Below are positions 11,601 to 26,400 of a DNA stretch of 64,000 nt, one piece after another. Source of the DNA: Octopus bimaculoides (taxonomy: Eukaryota). Below the pieces are notes generated by a model. That model was not told where the DNA came from, searched no databases, and worked only from the letters and a program-made list of their open reading frames with translations. Within the stretch, counting starts at the first letter, position 1, and the number at the start of each line of letters is the position of its first letter. The stretch lies in contig NC_068996.1 in assembly GCF_001194135.2 (NCBI RefSeq), positions 28,880,575-28,944,574 on the forward strand, given 5' to 3'. The position numbers and the translations under genes were made by a program.

Positions 11601-14600
11601 AAGAACAAAGCAACAAGTTTTGCAGGAATAGATCATGATACACAACTGCACACCACATTTGATGCCTCTTATGCCCAATTTGTTTTGTCATATGTGTACA
11701 CTGACATTACATATCCATTGGAGCATATTTGTTTCATACTTTTCAAGTCTTCATCTGTCCTCTGCATCCACAGACCAAGTTCAACTAACAATTCTGTCAG
11801 CTCTCCACCTTTATCATAAACAATAATAATAATAATAATAATTGACATATGTGGAATAACTCAGAATGTGTGTGCACTGATTAAGAACAGCAGGCCTAGT
11901 TGGAAAACATCTTTTCTGTAACAACCAGTACTTAGCTGAGGTAACAATCAAAAGAGGTATCTTCCAAGGAGATTCTTGTTCACCTTTATTTGTTATAGCC
12001 TTGATCCTACTTTCTTTAGTTCTATGCAATGTCTCAACCACCCCTTCATGGATAATTTAAAACTGTTCACAAAACAGATCCTGAAATGGAAAGGCTTCTT
12101 GAGATGTCCAGCAAGGATAAGGGGATGGAATTTGGTATCCCAAAGTTTGCGGTGCTCACTTTGAAATGAGGAAAAAGAGCAGATTGTAGGGGCATAGAGT
12201 TGCCAAATGGAGAGTGAGTGGGAGACCTGGATGATGATGGGTACAAGTACCTTGGGATCCTGGAGCTGGACAATATCTTGCACAAAGAAATGAAAGATAA
12301 GATCACTGCATATCTGAAATGCCTCAAACTTCTCTTGAAGTCAAAACTCAACACACAGAACCTTGTATCTGCCATCAACATATGGGCTGTCTGCTATAGT
12401 GCACCCATTCTGAAATGGACATGAGTGGAGATTGACCAACTCAATTGCACTACCTAAAAGACAATGCATGGTGCTCTCCACCCTAAGGTGAACATACACA
12501 GGCTCTACATGAAGAAGTAAAGAGGTGGAAATGGCCTGATCAGTGAACAAGAGTACATCAACAATGAAAGAAGAAATCATCATCATCATCGTTTAACGTC
12601 CGCTTTCCATGCTAGCATGGGTTGGACGATTTGACTGAGGACTGGTGAAACCGGATGGCAACACCAGGCTCCAATCTAATTTGGCAGAGTTTCTACAGCT
12701 GGATGCCCTTCCTAACGCCATATGGCACAGTATTTGGTAAACAGCCAACAAGACCTGCTACAGAGTGATGTTAATGCAGAAGGATTTACCAGCAATGGAT
12801 TTAAGAGTGCTAATGAATACCAATCATGAATAGCCAATGAGAGAAGAAACTCTACTCCGCATGGAATTATACAGCCAGTTCCACCATGAAACTAACGACT
12901 TAAAAGACTAGGAAGTATCATGGAGATGGCTCAGCAAGGGTGACCTAGGCATTAAATATCAACTCAGTGAAAAGGGATGTATACCACACAAATGTAACAA
13001 ACCTCTCAGAATGTGTAGGGAAGAAGATTGAAAGTGTGATTCACATTGATAGTGCTTGTAAAAGTCTTGCACAGGAAGAGTATAAGCACAAACATGACAA
13101 GGTAGCCCAAAACCTTCACTACCTACTATGCTGGAAGTATGGATACAAGGTAACGGGTGCTTGAAACCGACAAACACTGGAAAAGGTAATGGATAAAAAG
13201 GGGAAGGCAAAAATCCTCTGGGACTTTGACTTACAGATAGACAAGGTGTTAAAGCAGCAAAGGCCAGATATAGTAACCTTTAGGAGGGACAAACAAGAGT
13301 ACCTAATAATCAACGTAGCAGTGCCAGGAGATCAACATATTATCATGAAAGAAAGAGAAAAGATTGATAAATATGGAGACTTGAAAATTAAGATCACCAA
13401 GATGGGGCAGCTACAAGAGTCAAACATAAAGGTTGTTCTTGTTGTCATCGGAACATTAGGTTCAATACTACTTAACCTGAAGAAACATCTGGAAACTTTA
13501 GAAATCCCCAACAATCTAGATGTATTTCAAAAATTGGCTTTACTTGGAACTGCATGCATACTGTGTAAAGTACTGCCTATTTGAGGTCCTTGTTGTGACT
13601 TGACAGACAGTACAAACCCCCGGTAGACACAATATCTTCAATCAACAACATCAATCATATTGGATACTGTGCAAAATCTTCAACAACAATAACGATGATA
13701 ATGATGATGATAATGGTTTCTTCTACAAGTACAAGGCCAGTAATCTTGAGAAGAGGGAGTTAGTTGCTACCATTGACCCTAACAGTCAACTAATACTTTA
13801 TTTTAACTCTGAAAAGATAAAAGCAAAGTTGACTTTAGTAACCAGTAACTGTCAGGGAAGTCTGGCATGGGTCTATGAGGATAGCAACCTCATGTATAAC
13901 CCTTGTGAAAGGGCACCAAATTGGCAATAGAAACTGAGAGCACAAGACACCCCCAGAGTCTTCCAAGAAGAGGGGAGAATGAGAACCTCAACAGGATGGA
14001 TTTAATGGAAACAACCAAGAATGATTTATGGACACAGACACTGCCCCAAACATCATTAACTGGGGAAGTACTGGGAGTAAAATATTTCTGCGGAAATATC
14101 TCCAAGAACACAAAAGGGTGCAAGATACATTGAGTCAGGTCTGACTAGAAAAGAAGAGCCACTTGTGGTAGCAACTGGTGAGATGCAGGAGAACTCCAGA
14201 TAGAAAGCATCCCAAAGAAATGGAAGTCTCTCATCACCTGTGTCACCTCAAGTGCTCAACAGGGGCAACCCACCCAATACCACCTCAGAGGGACAATCCT
14301 ACTCAGCAACAGTCTGGATCAAATGGCCTAAAATGAATGAAGTGAAAAAATGGCAACAACTAGACCAAGACCTCAACAAAATATTAAAATGCATGCTGGC
14401 AAAAAGTGAATGCTCTTGTAACTATCACATTCAAATTGGTAAAAGACTGCTTTGGAAGAGAAGATAGATCAGTTATCATGACAATCAAAAAGAAGCATAG
14501 CAAAAGAGAATGAGAGATGCACTATTTGAAGAAAGAAATCAAGACCCTCAATAAGCAGTATAAGAAAGCTCCTGCTGAAGAAAGGGAAGGCATCAAGGAC

Positions 14601-15452
14601 ATAACAAGTCAGCTCCAAGAATGTTTGAGCAGGCTTAGAAGTGCAGAAAGTGCTTAGAAGCAAAAGAAAGAAAAGGAGACCAAAGGGGCATAGTTTATCA
14701 AGAACCCTTTCAGGTTCACCTGAATACTGTTGGGTGAGATCAAATCATGGAAACTGACCAGCCCAAGAGAAGAGGTAGTAGCATTTCTGAGGGAGACCCA
14801 CAATGACAAGCTCAGAAACGAAGCCATTGATGTCAATCCAAATGTCAGTAGAGCTGAATTACCAGGAAACAAGCTTAACATCGACTGTTCATCCTGGAAA
14901 GAAGTGTAAGAGATGGCAAAGAAGGCCTTCTGAACCATTCAGCAGTGAAGAGCTGGAAGTGATGTGTTGAAACAATTGTAGTGGCATGTAATAAAGCATG
15001 TTCAATCTATCTTCTCTTATTAACATTTTTGTATAAAGTTTACTAATATTTATAGATTTCCACATGTATATTGCAGGGAAACAGACACAATACTAATCCC
15101 TTTGGATAAATGGGCCTGTTCTATAAGTAGACAAAGTGTAGATAGAAATTCCATATGATGTGCTCAACACAAACTATGGACATGTAAGAGACACAGGAAG
15201 GTTAACAGAGAAGTATAACTGATGTTCTGAAATGCTCCAGAGGCTCCACAGGAAAAGTAGATAGTTTCTGTTATCTAGGTGACCTAATTAGCAGTGGAGG
15301 AGGGGGCTCAGTAAATGTAGCTGTTGCGATATGAGTTGGGTGGAGAAAGTTCAGAGAACTTTTACCTGTTGGTAGCAAAAAGCTTCTCTCTCAGAATGAA
15401 TGATACTTCTGTACAAACAGCAATGCTACATGGCAGTGAAACTGGTCTGAAA

Positions 15453-15493
<41 letters not shown>

Positions 15494-16902
15494 AAATTTG
15501 ATTAGAGGTTGTGTTAACCTCATGAAGGGATGGTTTCATCCAAGGAAATACTGGTTCAATACCTAATATTTTGGGGCAATTAATTTCCTTAAAATAATAG
15601 GTGTATATAAAAACATATAGTTTATATTCATATACAAAGAGAAAAAGAAAATGGAGATTGGGAAGTTAATAATTGTTTATTATTAACAACAAATCAATCA
15701 TCACCCCTTATAGCTGTTTCAATTAATACTTAGTGAATCTAATTAAATATTAAATTATATGACCTGAGCATAGTATCTTCAGAGGGAAAAAAATATACAC
15801 TTGGATGTTTTACATGTGTTTATGGATTCATTATAGCAGACTGAATGATACTGTTTACAATTTGTATTTTTATGTTTTGGTGAGGGGTTTAAAATTCTGC
15901 TATCATCTTTATTTAATTTATTCATTTATTACTCTAATTCTATTTACCTACTCTATCTTATCTCCAATCAACCTGCAAACCCCCTGCCTGAACATATCAA
16001 AGTACAAATCATAAACAGTATCATTCAGTCTGCTATAATGAATCTGTAGTGACTTCATGTAGTGACTTTCTGAAATGAAAGCTAGAGAGGAATGAGACTA
16101 GTATGCTCTGCTAGATGTGCACTGTGAGACAGAGTGCTAGTGTATTGAGAGAGAAGTTAGGCATAAAAGAGGAATTAGAAGCACTGGTTTGGCTACATGA
16201 TGCAGATAGATGTTAACAGCTCCATAAAGAAGTGCCGATCTCTCAAGGTGGATGGAACTCGTGAAAGAAGGAGACCCAGGAAGACATGGGACAAAGTTCA
16301 GAACACCAAACGTTTTGGATGAGATGACAAAGGATTGAGATATCTGGGACCTTGCTGTAATCAAGAAGACCCATACTCCGCAGCTGAAGTGTAAAGGCTG
16401 CATCTTCTGGTGAAGAGGATTAGCCTGCATGTGTCCTGCACCAATGGAATGTAAAAAGCACTTGTCCCACTGCCATGTAAGGAAACTTGTGCCAGTGGTA
16501 TATTAAAAGCACCCAGCCATAAAAACCAAGCCAAATCAGACTGGAACCTGAGGCAGCTTGCCAGTCTCTGGTCAAACCATCCAACCAATATCAGCATGGA
16601 AGACATATGTTGGCATGGGTTGGATAGTTTGACTAGAGCTGGAAAGCTGGAAAGCTGCATCAGGTTCTGGTTTGATTTGGCTTGGCTTCAATGGCTGGAT
16701 GCCATTCTTAACACCAACCACTGGCAAACTGGGAAGCTGCACCAGGTTCCAGTCTGTGCGGTAAGAAACTTGCTTCCCAGCCACATGGTTCTGGGTTCAG
16801 TTTCACTGCGTGGCACCTTGGGCAAGTGTCTTCTACTATAGTCTTGGATTGACCAAAGACTTGTGAGTGGATTTGGTAGATGGAAATTGAAAGAAGCCCG
16901 TC

Positions 16903-16959
<57 letters not shown>

Positions 16960-19900
16960 TTTGTCCCCTTGCCATTGCTTGACAACTGATGCTGGTGTGT
17001 TTATGTCTCTGTAACTTAGCAGTTTGGAAAAAGAGCCAAGAGAATAAGTACTAAGCTTACAAAGAATAAGTTCTAGGGTTGATTTCTTCAACTAAAACCC
17101 CTTAAGGTAGTGCTCCAGCATGGCCACAGTCAAATAAATGAAACATGTCAAAGAATAAAAGAATGTATATATATTTTTTTAATACTTCTTTCACTGTATT
17201 GTGTATTTGTTACTTTTTGCATGTTATTTATTATTGATCTTATATAAAAATGAAGCTGTATCCTTTAATTTGCTGGGAGTTCATTTCAAGTGTAAGGCCT
17301 CACAGAGGCAAAGTGGCTGAGTTCCTTTTGAGTGTTGGGCCTCATGGAGGCAAAGTGGCTGAGTTCCTTTCGAGTTTTGGGCTTCATAGAGGCAATGACC
17401 AAGACTTTTGGCATTATGTCATACTTGCAAAGAAGACCCATCAAGCCAAGTAAAATCACTGTTTTGACAGATACTGATGTCAAACAAATTGGCACATAAA
17501 CATACTCCGGTGTCAATGCAAATGGCACCCATGCTGGTGGCACATAAAAAAACCCATTACACTCTCCGAGTGTTTGGAATTAGGAAAGGCATCCAGCTGT
17601 AGAAAACCATGCCAAATCAGACAGGAGCCTGATGCACTTCCAGTGTGCCAGCCCAGTCAAACTGTCTAACCCATGCCAGCATGGACAACGGGTGTTAAAT
17701 GATGATGATGAAACCAGGAAGATATCTTACAGAACAGTCATTATTTTAACGAGATACATCTTGTAATCACCTGAAGAGACACATCTACACCACTGGTTGC
17801 ACCTAAACCAGTTGTTCAGTATCTCACCTGTGAGTGATCGAGGCTAGATCGGTTGAAACAATTGTAGTGATTAAAAAGCATTCTCGTATCTTCTATTTTC
17901 CGTCTCTTGCAGTAATCAAATATACATTTATACACATACTATATAAGTGTGAGAGTATATGGGTTGTATATGTGTGTTTATCCCTGAAAGGCTCTGAAAC
18001 AGTGTTTCCTCAAGAAAAACAAATTTAATTTTTTTAATCTGTGCCCCAAACTTTTAGATCAACAACTCTCCCACTATCAGTCTGTTACCACCAATCTATC
18101 GCTCTTTCTCTGTCACACTCTTTATCTGTATATGTATCAACTCACATGCATTGCTTTCATTTTGTTTAAAATTTTGTCTTCTAATGTTTACCTCCATTTT
18201 ATGACAGCTATTAAGCACAAATCCTGTTTTCGGATTAGGTAAAAATGATCAAACATTAAGCCTCTGTAATATTTTTCTAAAATTTTTCTGGAGTAAATGC
18301 ATCACAAACTCAGATTCAACATGAAAATGTACCCAGATTTGAACATTTTCACTTAATTTTGAAATTTTAAAATCTGTGACTGCAACAGAAAAAACTCTCT
18401 CTATTTGTGTCTCCCTTTCATTTTTTACTTTTCTCATTTTTACCACACTCTCTCACTTAGTATGTAAAAGATAATTTCATTTTAATAGCATACTTCTTCT
18501 GTTAGTATCTGCTCTTTTTCTTACACACACACACACACACACACGCACACAAGGACTCGCTTGATGTTTAAAAATTTTTTTAATCCAACAAGTTATACTT
18601 GATATTTTACCAACCTCACCAATACAGGAGGGGAGGATTAGGGTGATACTCTTGTGGTCTCTTAAAAGACCACACCACACTGGCCCCATTAGGTCCAGCA
18701 CACTAATTCTGTCATCACTCTAATCCCTTGGCTCATGTTGCTGCTGTTATTACTCTTGCACACATTATCTTGGTTATTATACATCTCTCAAAATGCAGAG
18801 TACTCTTATTACTCAACCTGTTAATCAGCTTATCACTGTCAGTCCTGCTTTTATTTTATCCTTTATAATTCTCACTCAGTAAAGGGAGTGATGAGTGAGC
18901 AGATATGGAATCAAAAGGTTCCCTTGGGTGTACCATGGTGTGCATACCTCTGTAGTGCTTGTGCCATGAAAAACTACACCTAGTACCCTTTGCAAAGTAT
19001 AAAGTTGAGAGGACTCTTTAGTTTTATCAAGGACATGACAACTTCCTAGTGATGGTACCTTGAAAAATACTTTCAGCACACTCTGTAAGATGGTTGGCCT
19101 TATGAGTAGCCAAATGTACAAACAAAGCCAAAAATGAAATCCACTAATGAGATGTGGTCCTTTAATCTATCTAGATGAACAGCACCTTCAACTATGTGCT
19201 AACTTAAACTGTAGTAATCCAACTAACCCATGCTAAGATGAAAAGTTGGGCCAAAAAAACCTTGTTAGTGGATTTGGAAGATGGAAAATGAAAGAAGTCT
19301 ATTGTGTGTGTGTATCTCCTAGTCTTGATACTGTGTAATTGTTGTAAATGAATGTCATTCATTTTCAATATTCTGTGAAAATGTGTCTGGTTTTGGGGAA
19401 GGTGAGGATTGGTAACAGGAAGAGTATCCAGCTGTAGAAAATCTACCTCAATAAACTCTGTCTGATTCATGCAAGCAAAGCAAAGTGGATGATGATGACA
19501 CATATATCTATGTACATGGCTCACTCATTGGCACTAAAAATACTCAAATATGGTGTTTTTTATATAGACAAATCGGAAGTCAAGATTATCATCAGATTCA
19601 AAGTCTTACCTTTTCTTTTGAGCTGTGGTGAGGTGTCGATGACGAACTAGATGTAAGTCCAGCTACAACATTAGGTGGGGTTGTGGTATTAGCAGTAGCT
19701 GACATGGAATGTTGCATCGGCGAGAAGGCGAAATCCACAATCCTTCGAGGAGGATTAACATTTTGAGCATGGTGTGTGGCAGCGACTACGCTTGCACCTG
19801 AATTCTTTGCACTTGCTGGTGTACCAGCTGCAGCGGGTGAATGGTGAACTTTTGCAGAACTACTTTCGGGAGTTGAGTTTGTTGCAATCTGCATTGAAGG

Positions 19901-20433
19901 TATAACTATGGATGAAGATGATGGTGCACCAATTCTGCTGCTAGTGGCAGTACCTGTGGTAGTTGTGGTGGTGGTAGTAGTAACAGTGCTATTATTATTA
20001 TTAATATTATTGTTATTATTGTTATTGTTGTTGTTACTGCTGCTGTAAGCAGCAGCCAGTATAGATGAGGAAGTGGAGGGTGCTGATGATGATGTTGAAT
20101 GCAGTGCACGTGATCGTGTTGGCAGGACTGCAGTGCTAGTTACAGCTGAACGGTGTGGTCCTGTACCACTGCTTGTCCCCGAAGAAGTACAACTTGTAGA
20201 GAGTGAGCCACTGGAGCGGAGGTGTGGCTGGAAAACGGTAGCTGGTGGAGGTGCTGGTGGTGGTGTGTCAGCATTGCCACTGCATGGAGGTGGTGGTGAG
20301 CTGAAGAACATTGAGCCAGGGGAGTCACTTATATCTGATGACAATGAAGGTGAAGAAGGCATATCCTTCGTTCTAGAGTGGGCTGCACCAAAATAATTTG
20401 CAGACCTACAAGAGAGATGATGATGATTATAAC

Positions 20434-20465
<32 letters not shown>

Positions 20466-23400
20466 CAACAATAAATGCCCAGATGCAGTACCAGGCAGTG
20501 GCTCTCGTGGCTTCTGATCTTAATTGATTGGAAGTGTTATCATGTACATTGTTTTGTCTTGGTATAAAAAGATGTGCTACAGCAAATATTCTGCTTAACA
20601 CCACAGATTTGCTTGTAAGTTGTTTGACCGTAACCAGTTAAGCATGTCCCTTGGTGGCTGACAATATATGCATCCCTGATCATGAGCAGGAGTAGTGGGG
20701 GAGCATCATAGCCATGTGTTGAGAGGAATTCTTTGAGGTTTGGATAATTCACCTTTGGAAATATGGGTGTTTTGCTCAGCATCCTTCAACAACTCTTATT
20801 CAGGGACCTTTTGAGCGGGATGGGTTACTCGACCTGAAGAAAAGTTTAACTGGGCCCCACTGCAAGGTCATGTGCTGTTTATTTTGATATGAGATCACCA
20901 TGTCGCGCACATATGGTTGTGATGCATGTGCCTGGTGTACCCTTATCAGACGGGTAGTCATGATGGGTATAATAGGCTTCGTATATTTTACCCCAGTGTC
21001 ACTTTGATGGCATGCACTCCTCTCTCACACATTAATAATAACAACAACCACAACAATAATAATAAGAGAAAGGGGTTTCTTATTTAGGCCAATAACTTTG
21101 AAAAGATAAGTTTTGTTGATTCTGATGACCCTAGTCATCCTTGAAAGGATGAAAAGCAAAGTTCACCAGGGTAAGATACGAACTCAGAACAAGGCATTTT
21201 GCCTGATGACCTAACAATACTGTTGATCCACTAACCTAAAATAATAAAAAACAGTTAATTTTGGTGGGATTTGAAGAGAGAGAGGGGGAGGGGGGGAGGA
21301 GTGAATAACCCAAAGCAATCTAACTGTCTCTAACAATTCTGATAATCAACTGCTATGTATGAATAATTAAAATGATGATGATAATAATAATCCTTTCTAT
21401 TATAAATACAAGGGACCTAAAATTTTGGGGGAAGTGTTAGTTGATTACATCAACCCCAGTGCTCAACTTGTATTTATTTTATTGATCTTAAAAGGATGAA
21501 ATCAAAGGTAACCTCAGCAGAATTTGAACTCGGGACATACAGACGGACAAAATGCTGCTAAGCACAAAGTATTTTGTCCAGCACATTAATGATTCTGCCA
21601 ACTTCCCTTATAATTATAATAATAACCAGCTGCGAAAGTTGTATATGTTGAGAAGAAAATAATTTGGGGGTGGGGGTGGGTATATCAAGAGAACCATTGC
21701 TGGTTCAGGTGAGAATATCTAGTATAGTCAGGTCAGTTATTTGTGTGGAGACAGATGAGTACAAAGAATAAAATAGTAAGATGAAAGAAAATGGAATAGA
21801 AAAAAGATGTAAGGGCAGTTTGTGAGAGAAATGAGTAGTAATTCAGAAGCTGATGGAAGGTGGCACTGACTAAGGAAGAGTGGTTTGAAGCTAGAGACAG
21901 AAGCACTTATCTGTATTGTATAGGAACAAGCACTGAGGACAAATTACACTGAATGTAGGATTGATAATGCAGCAATAAGTGGCAAGTGCATGAAGCAGGC
22001 TCAAAAAGAATACAAAAGAAGACAGAATAATGTCATAAGAATACGGGTGCTGCATGGCAAGTATAGATTGAATAGAGCAAAGATGTGGTATGGGTAAACC
22101 CCCAGAAGGAGTAAACAAGAAGATACTGTGGGTTGTAATAATTCAATGTGATCCCGAAATTGAACATTGAAAGCCAGATATAGTGGCTGTGAATAAAAAG
22201 GGGAAAACCTGTTTAATCATAGATATATTTCAATCCCCTGGAGATGACACAGTATCAGAAAGAAAAGAAGAGATGCAGGTCAGATATGATGATTTGAAGT
22301 GGAAGATAAAAAAGACTGTGGTCATTGAAGGTGAGTGTTATACCTTTTATTGTTGGAGCCTTGAGAACAAGCTCACAAACTGGCTTGAAGAGAGAAGTAA
22401 ATGCAAAGATAGAATATCTACAAAAATCAGTGTTGCTTAGGACTGCACAAATCCTCCAAAGAATTCTTGAAATCTGAATGCTAATTGTTACTTTAGTCTA
22501 CTGGTTGTGGGCAGCTGACACCTTGTTACATTCCCAAGTGGAGTTGCTATGCTAAATAAGATAATAATAATAGTAATTCTTTCTGGTTTAGTTACAAAGC
22601 TAGCAGTTTTAAGGGAAGCATTTTAGTCAATACCACTGATCCCAATACTTGACTGAACTTTGTTTTATTAACACAGAAAGAATGAAAAGCTAAGTGGACT
22701 TCAGTGGAATTTGAACTCAGAGTGTAAAGATTGGAACAAATATTACAAGGCACTTTCTTCAATGTTCTTGTGATTCTGTCAGCTTGCTGCTTTAATAATA
22801 ATGATTTCTAACATAACAGTGAAGACATCAGCAGACTGTTATTAAGGATAGCCATAAGTACATTGAAGGAAAACAGCAGTAGCAGAGTCTACAAATGTTA
22901 TTCCAATTGAAAACTTTGGAATTGAAGATAAAATATTTCACTTAGAAAATGTATCTGTTATCTCACCTCTAGTTCTTACAACTGAAATGAGACATAGCCA
23001 ATTCTATTAGTACCTATTAGTATAAATATGGGTATAGAAATAGCAATAGTAAGGTTCTATATGATCTAACAAGGAATCTCTAAGTGGTCCCTTAGTTGGC
23101 CAGAAATACCAGTTATATGTCTTTCAAATTATATTCTATAGTCTTATAAAATAGATGGATACACAGGATAATCTAGTTCTCAATATGCTATGTCTCAATA
23201 AAAGATGAGAAAGTCATGGCTGAAACATCATGATTATAAGGTTGCTTGATCCAGGACCACTTGGGTTGAAACAAGTGTTTGTAAATGATGTTAATTCTGG
23301 AATTAAAAATAATATGAATATGATAGTTACATCCATCATCCCATTTGCAATTCATATAACAAATTGCCTCTATGTATTAGATGTAAGTACATTCTTGGAA

Positions 23401-26400
23401 ATAGCAATTCTAGGATTTGTGAATATTATTTGGGTATTTTCACAGACCATTTGTACATTTTTATGCAAGGTTTTCCAATATGTACCTCTTCTTGTTTTAG
23501 TGTAGAACAAGGAAACTTACTTTTTAATGTATATCTCAATTTATGAATAGTAGAAGTAGTAGTAACAGTAATGGTGGTGGTGGTAGCAGTGGTAGAAGCA
23601 GCAGTTATTTTAACATTCACTTTTCCATGTTTGCATGGGTCAAATGGAATTCATTGAGGCTGCTTTTCTGTGGCTTAATGCCCTTTTCACCAACCCTCAT
23701 CTGTTTTCATGCCAAGTAATATTTCCCTATGGCCAAACATGCTTTCAAAGAATATTGGGAATTAATGACACTGCCTATATATGATAGTCACTCTTGCTAA
23801 CAACTACTGTGTGCATTGAAGGAGCACACTCATGAGCACACACACACAGACTTGTTTCAGTTTCTGACTAATGAATCAATTCTCAAGGCTTTGATCAGCC
23901 TGGAGCTAAATTAGTACTTAATTATATCAACCCTAATATTTGGCCGGTACTTTATTTACTGATCCTGGAAGAATAAAAAGCAAAGGTGGCCATGGCAAAA
24001 TTTGAAATCAGAATTACTGTATGGATGCTGGAAGGATGAACAGCAAAGACCCAAGCAGAGTTTGAACTTCGTGGTATCTAGATATTGCAAGGCATGTCTG
24101 ATACTCAACTGATTCTACCAATCCACTGTATGAATAACAACAGCAACAGCAAAGGAGTGCTGTTGATATTATGGGCCTAGAGTTAGTGAGTGGCAGGTGC
24201 AAAAGGCAAAAATCATCACTAGAACTAAACTGAAAAATATACATATTTAGGTTGGTTTTCTTCTGTTTTCAACATCTTTACATCTATTTACAACAATAAC
24301 GAAAATGAACCAAATAAGGATTTTTTTGCTACAAGACATGCAAAAAACATCAGCTAAACTTCCCTCAAATCATATCTGGTTCCTTTAAGTAAGGAAGCAT
24401 ATTGAATAATATATTCTACAGTTGTAGTATGCACGAGATATATGAGATAACATACATACTAAGTCTACTACACTCTCTAAAAATAAGAGTCAGCAAAGGA
24501 ACTTGTATGTTAGAAATAGAAGTCAAATCTTCTTCAAATCACACCATATTGCCTTACAAAGACAATTAGATACATGATATCTGAATAATTAAAGGAAATG
24601 TCTTTGATTACAGGAGTGCTTGATTGAGTTTGGCCTGGACCTAAATAACAGTAACAATCAGATGCTCTATACCTGGAAATTTGAACATAGTTCCCTGGGA
24701 AAACTCCACTGATTCCAGTTTTCAAACAACAACCTTTATACCAGCCATCTTGGCATTTTTCGGTAACAGTGTACTGATCACCTTTATGTAACTCAACTTC
24801 ATCATCTTTCTGCGGCTTGTAATTGTAAAGAGCCGAATATCTGAAAGAGACAAGGAGACAAGAGAAGAATTTAATACAGGTACATGTAACACACAGTTCT
24901 GTACATTATCATCTCTTATGAACAACATACTATCAAAACACTGAAAGTTGCTGGAAATCTAACATAATTAACATAGCAAAATAAAAAGTGCATACCAAAA
25001 TCAAGCCTGTTTCTTCAGTCCAGAAAATACTGCACTATAATCATTTACCAGCCTTCTACAGAACTCAAATAACATCCATAATGGGATAAAGGCTAAAGGG
25101 TGGTGTTGCTGTAACTACTCAGTATTGAAAAGAAAGCCACTAGTTTACAAAGAAACATTACAACAGTTAGCCCATATATATCTATACTGTCTCTTCACTC
25201 TACCATTTCTATCTCTACCTTCATGGTATCTACCTGCCTGCCTGCCTGCATGCATGCATACATACATATATCTCAGAGAACTAATCATGTACTGCACACT
25301 CATTAGTACAACTTAAACCTTAAGTCTCACTACTGATGTAACATTTGGATGGTGCAACAGCTACACACACACATCTCAGTTTACATATAAAAAGGAGACC
25401 ATGCTTTACTAACCAACACAGAATAAAATTGACAGTAGTTTTATAAATTGCTTCTTACTTTTTTAATTTTCATTACACAGAGCACACCTATGATCAAAAG
25501 CAGTTACTAACCCATTTTATTTCTTAAGGATGACATTGTACAATGTTACTTGGTTTTTTTTTTAAACAGTTGGGTGTAATTGGAGAGAGATTTCAAGAAG
25601 TATAGATTATTTTACAAATAACTCAAGACAGGTTCAAAGTTTTCAACAAGAAATAACCTCCTAAACCAAATTATGAATAATTAACATGGTCACCTGGCAA
25701 ATGATAAGTGGATAAAGTGTTATCAGTACCTATTGCTCTCTTTCTATTGTTAACATTGATGAATATGATATTTAATATTACTATATATATTGATACAGGA
25801 TGTTATATAATTTCAGGAAGTTCAGTTGAAGCAGAAGATTAACCTATGCGATGCAATTTAGATGTGTGTATATGTGTGTGTGTGAGTACATTGTGTATAA
25901 GAGAGACAATGTATGTGTAGTACTACTACATCACTCCATATTCAGGATCAAGAATTCCTTTGTGAGTTGTACTTGAGCTTATAGAATGTAGAGAACCAGA
26001 AAATGTGATGGCCAACATTTTTAGTAACTTTTGAAGATTTAATTGCTTTGTTAATGACTATGTTATGTATGCAGGTTTCATGGCGGTGGGGAGAATAGAA
26101 GGAAGCCTAGACAGAAAGACAGCAATAATTAGCAAGAAAAAGAAAAGAAGAGGCAATAAGAGAGTGGAACTAATTAGCAATGAGAGAGATAGAGAGTCAA
26201 AAAGAGATAATTATCACAAAGAAAGAGAAAGAGAGCTAATTAGCAAATGAAAGAGAAGTAATTAGGAAGAAAAGAGAATAAGATGATTAGCATGAAAAGA
26301 GAAAGAGGTAAATATATCAAAATAGAGATGGTATATTGAGAGTAAAATTATATATTCCATACATGACATTCTTTCCAAAATGTGGTGGACTGGCTGCATT

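Noticed and set aside
20073-20396. 107-aa + strand ORF
   Set aside because: Antisense shadow of GC-richer POSH exon 9; no splice or domain support.
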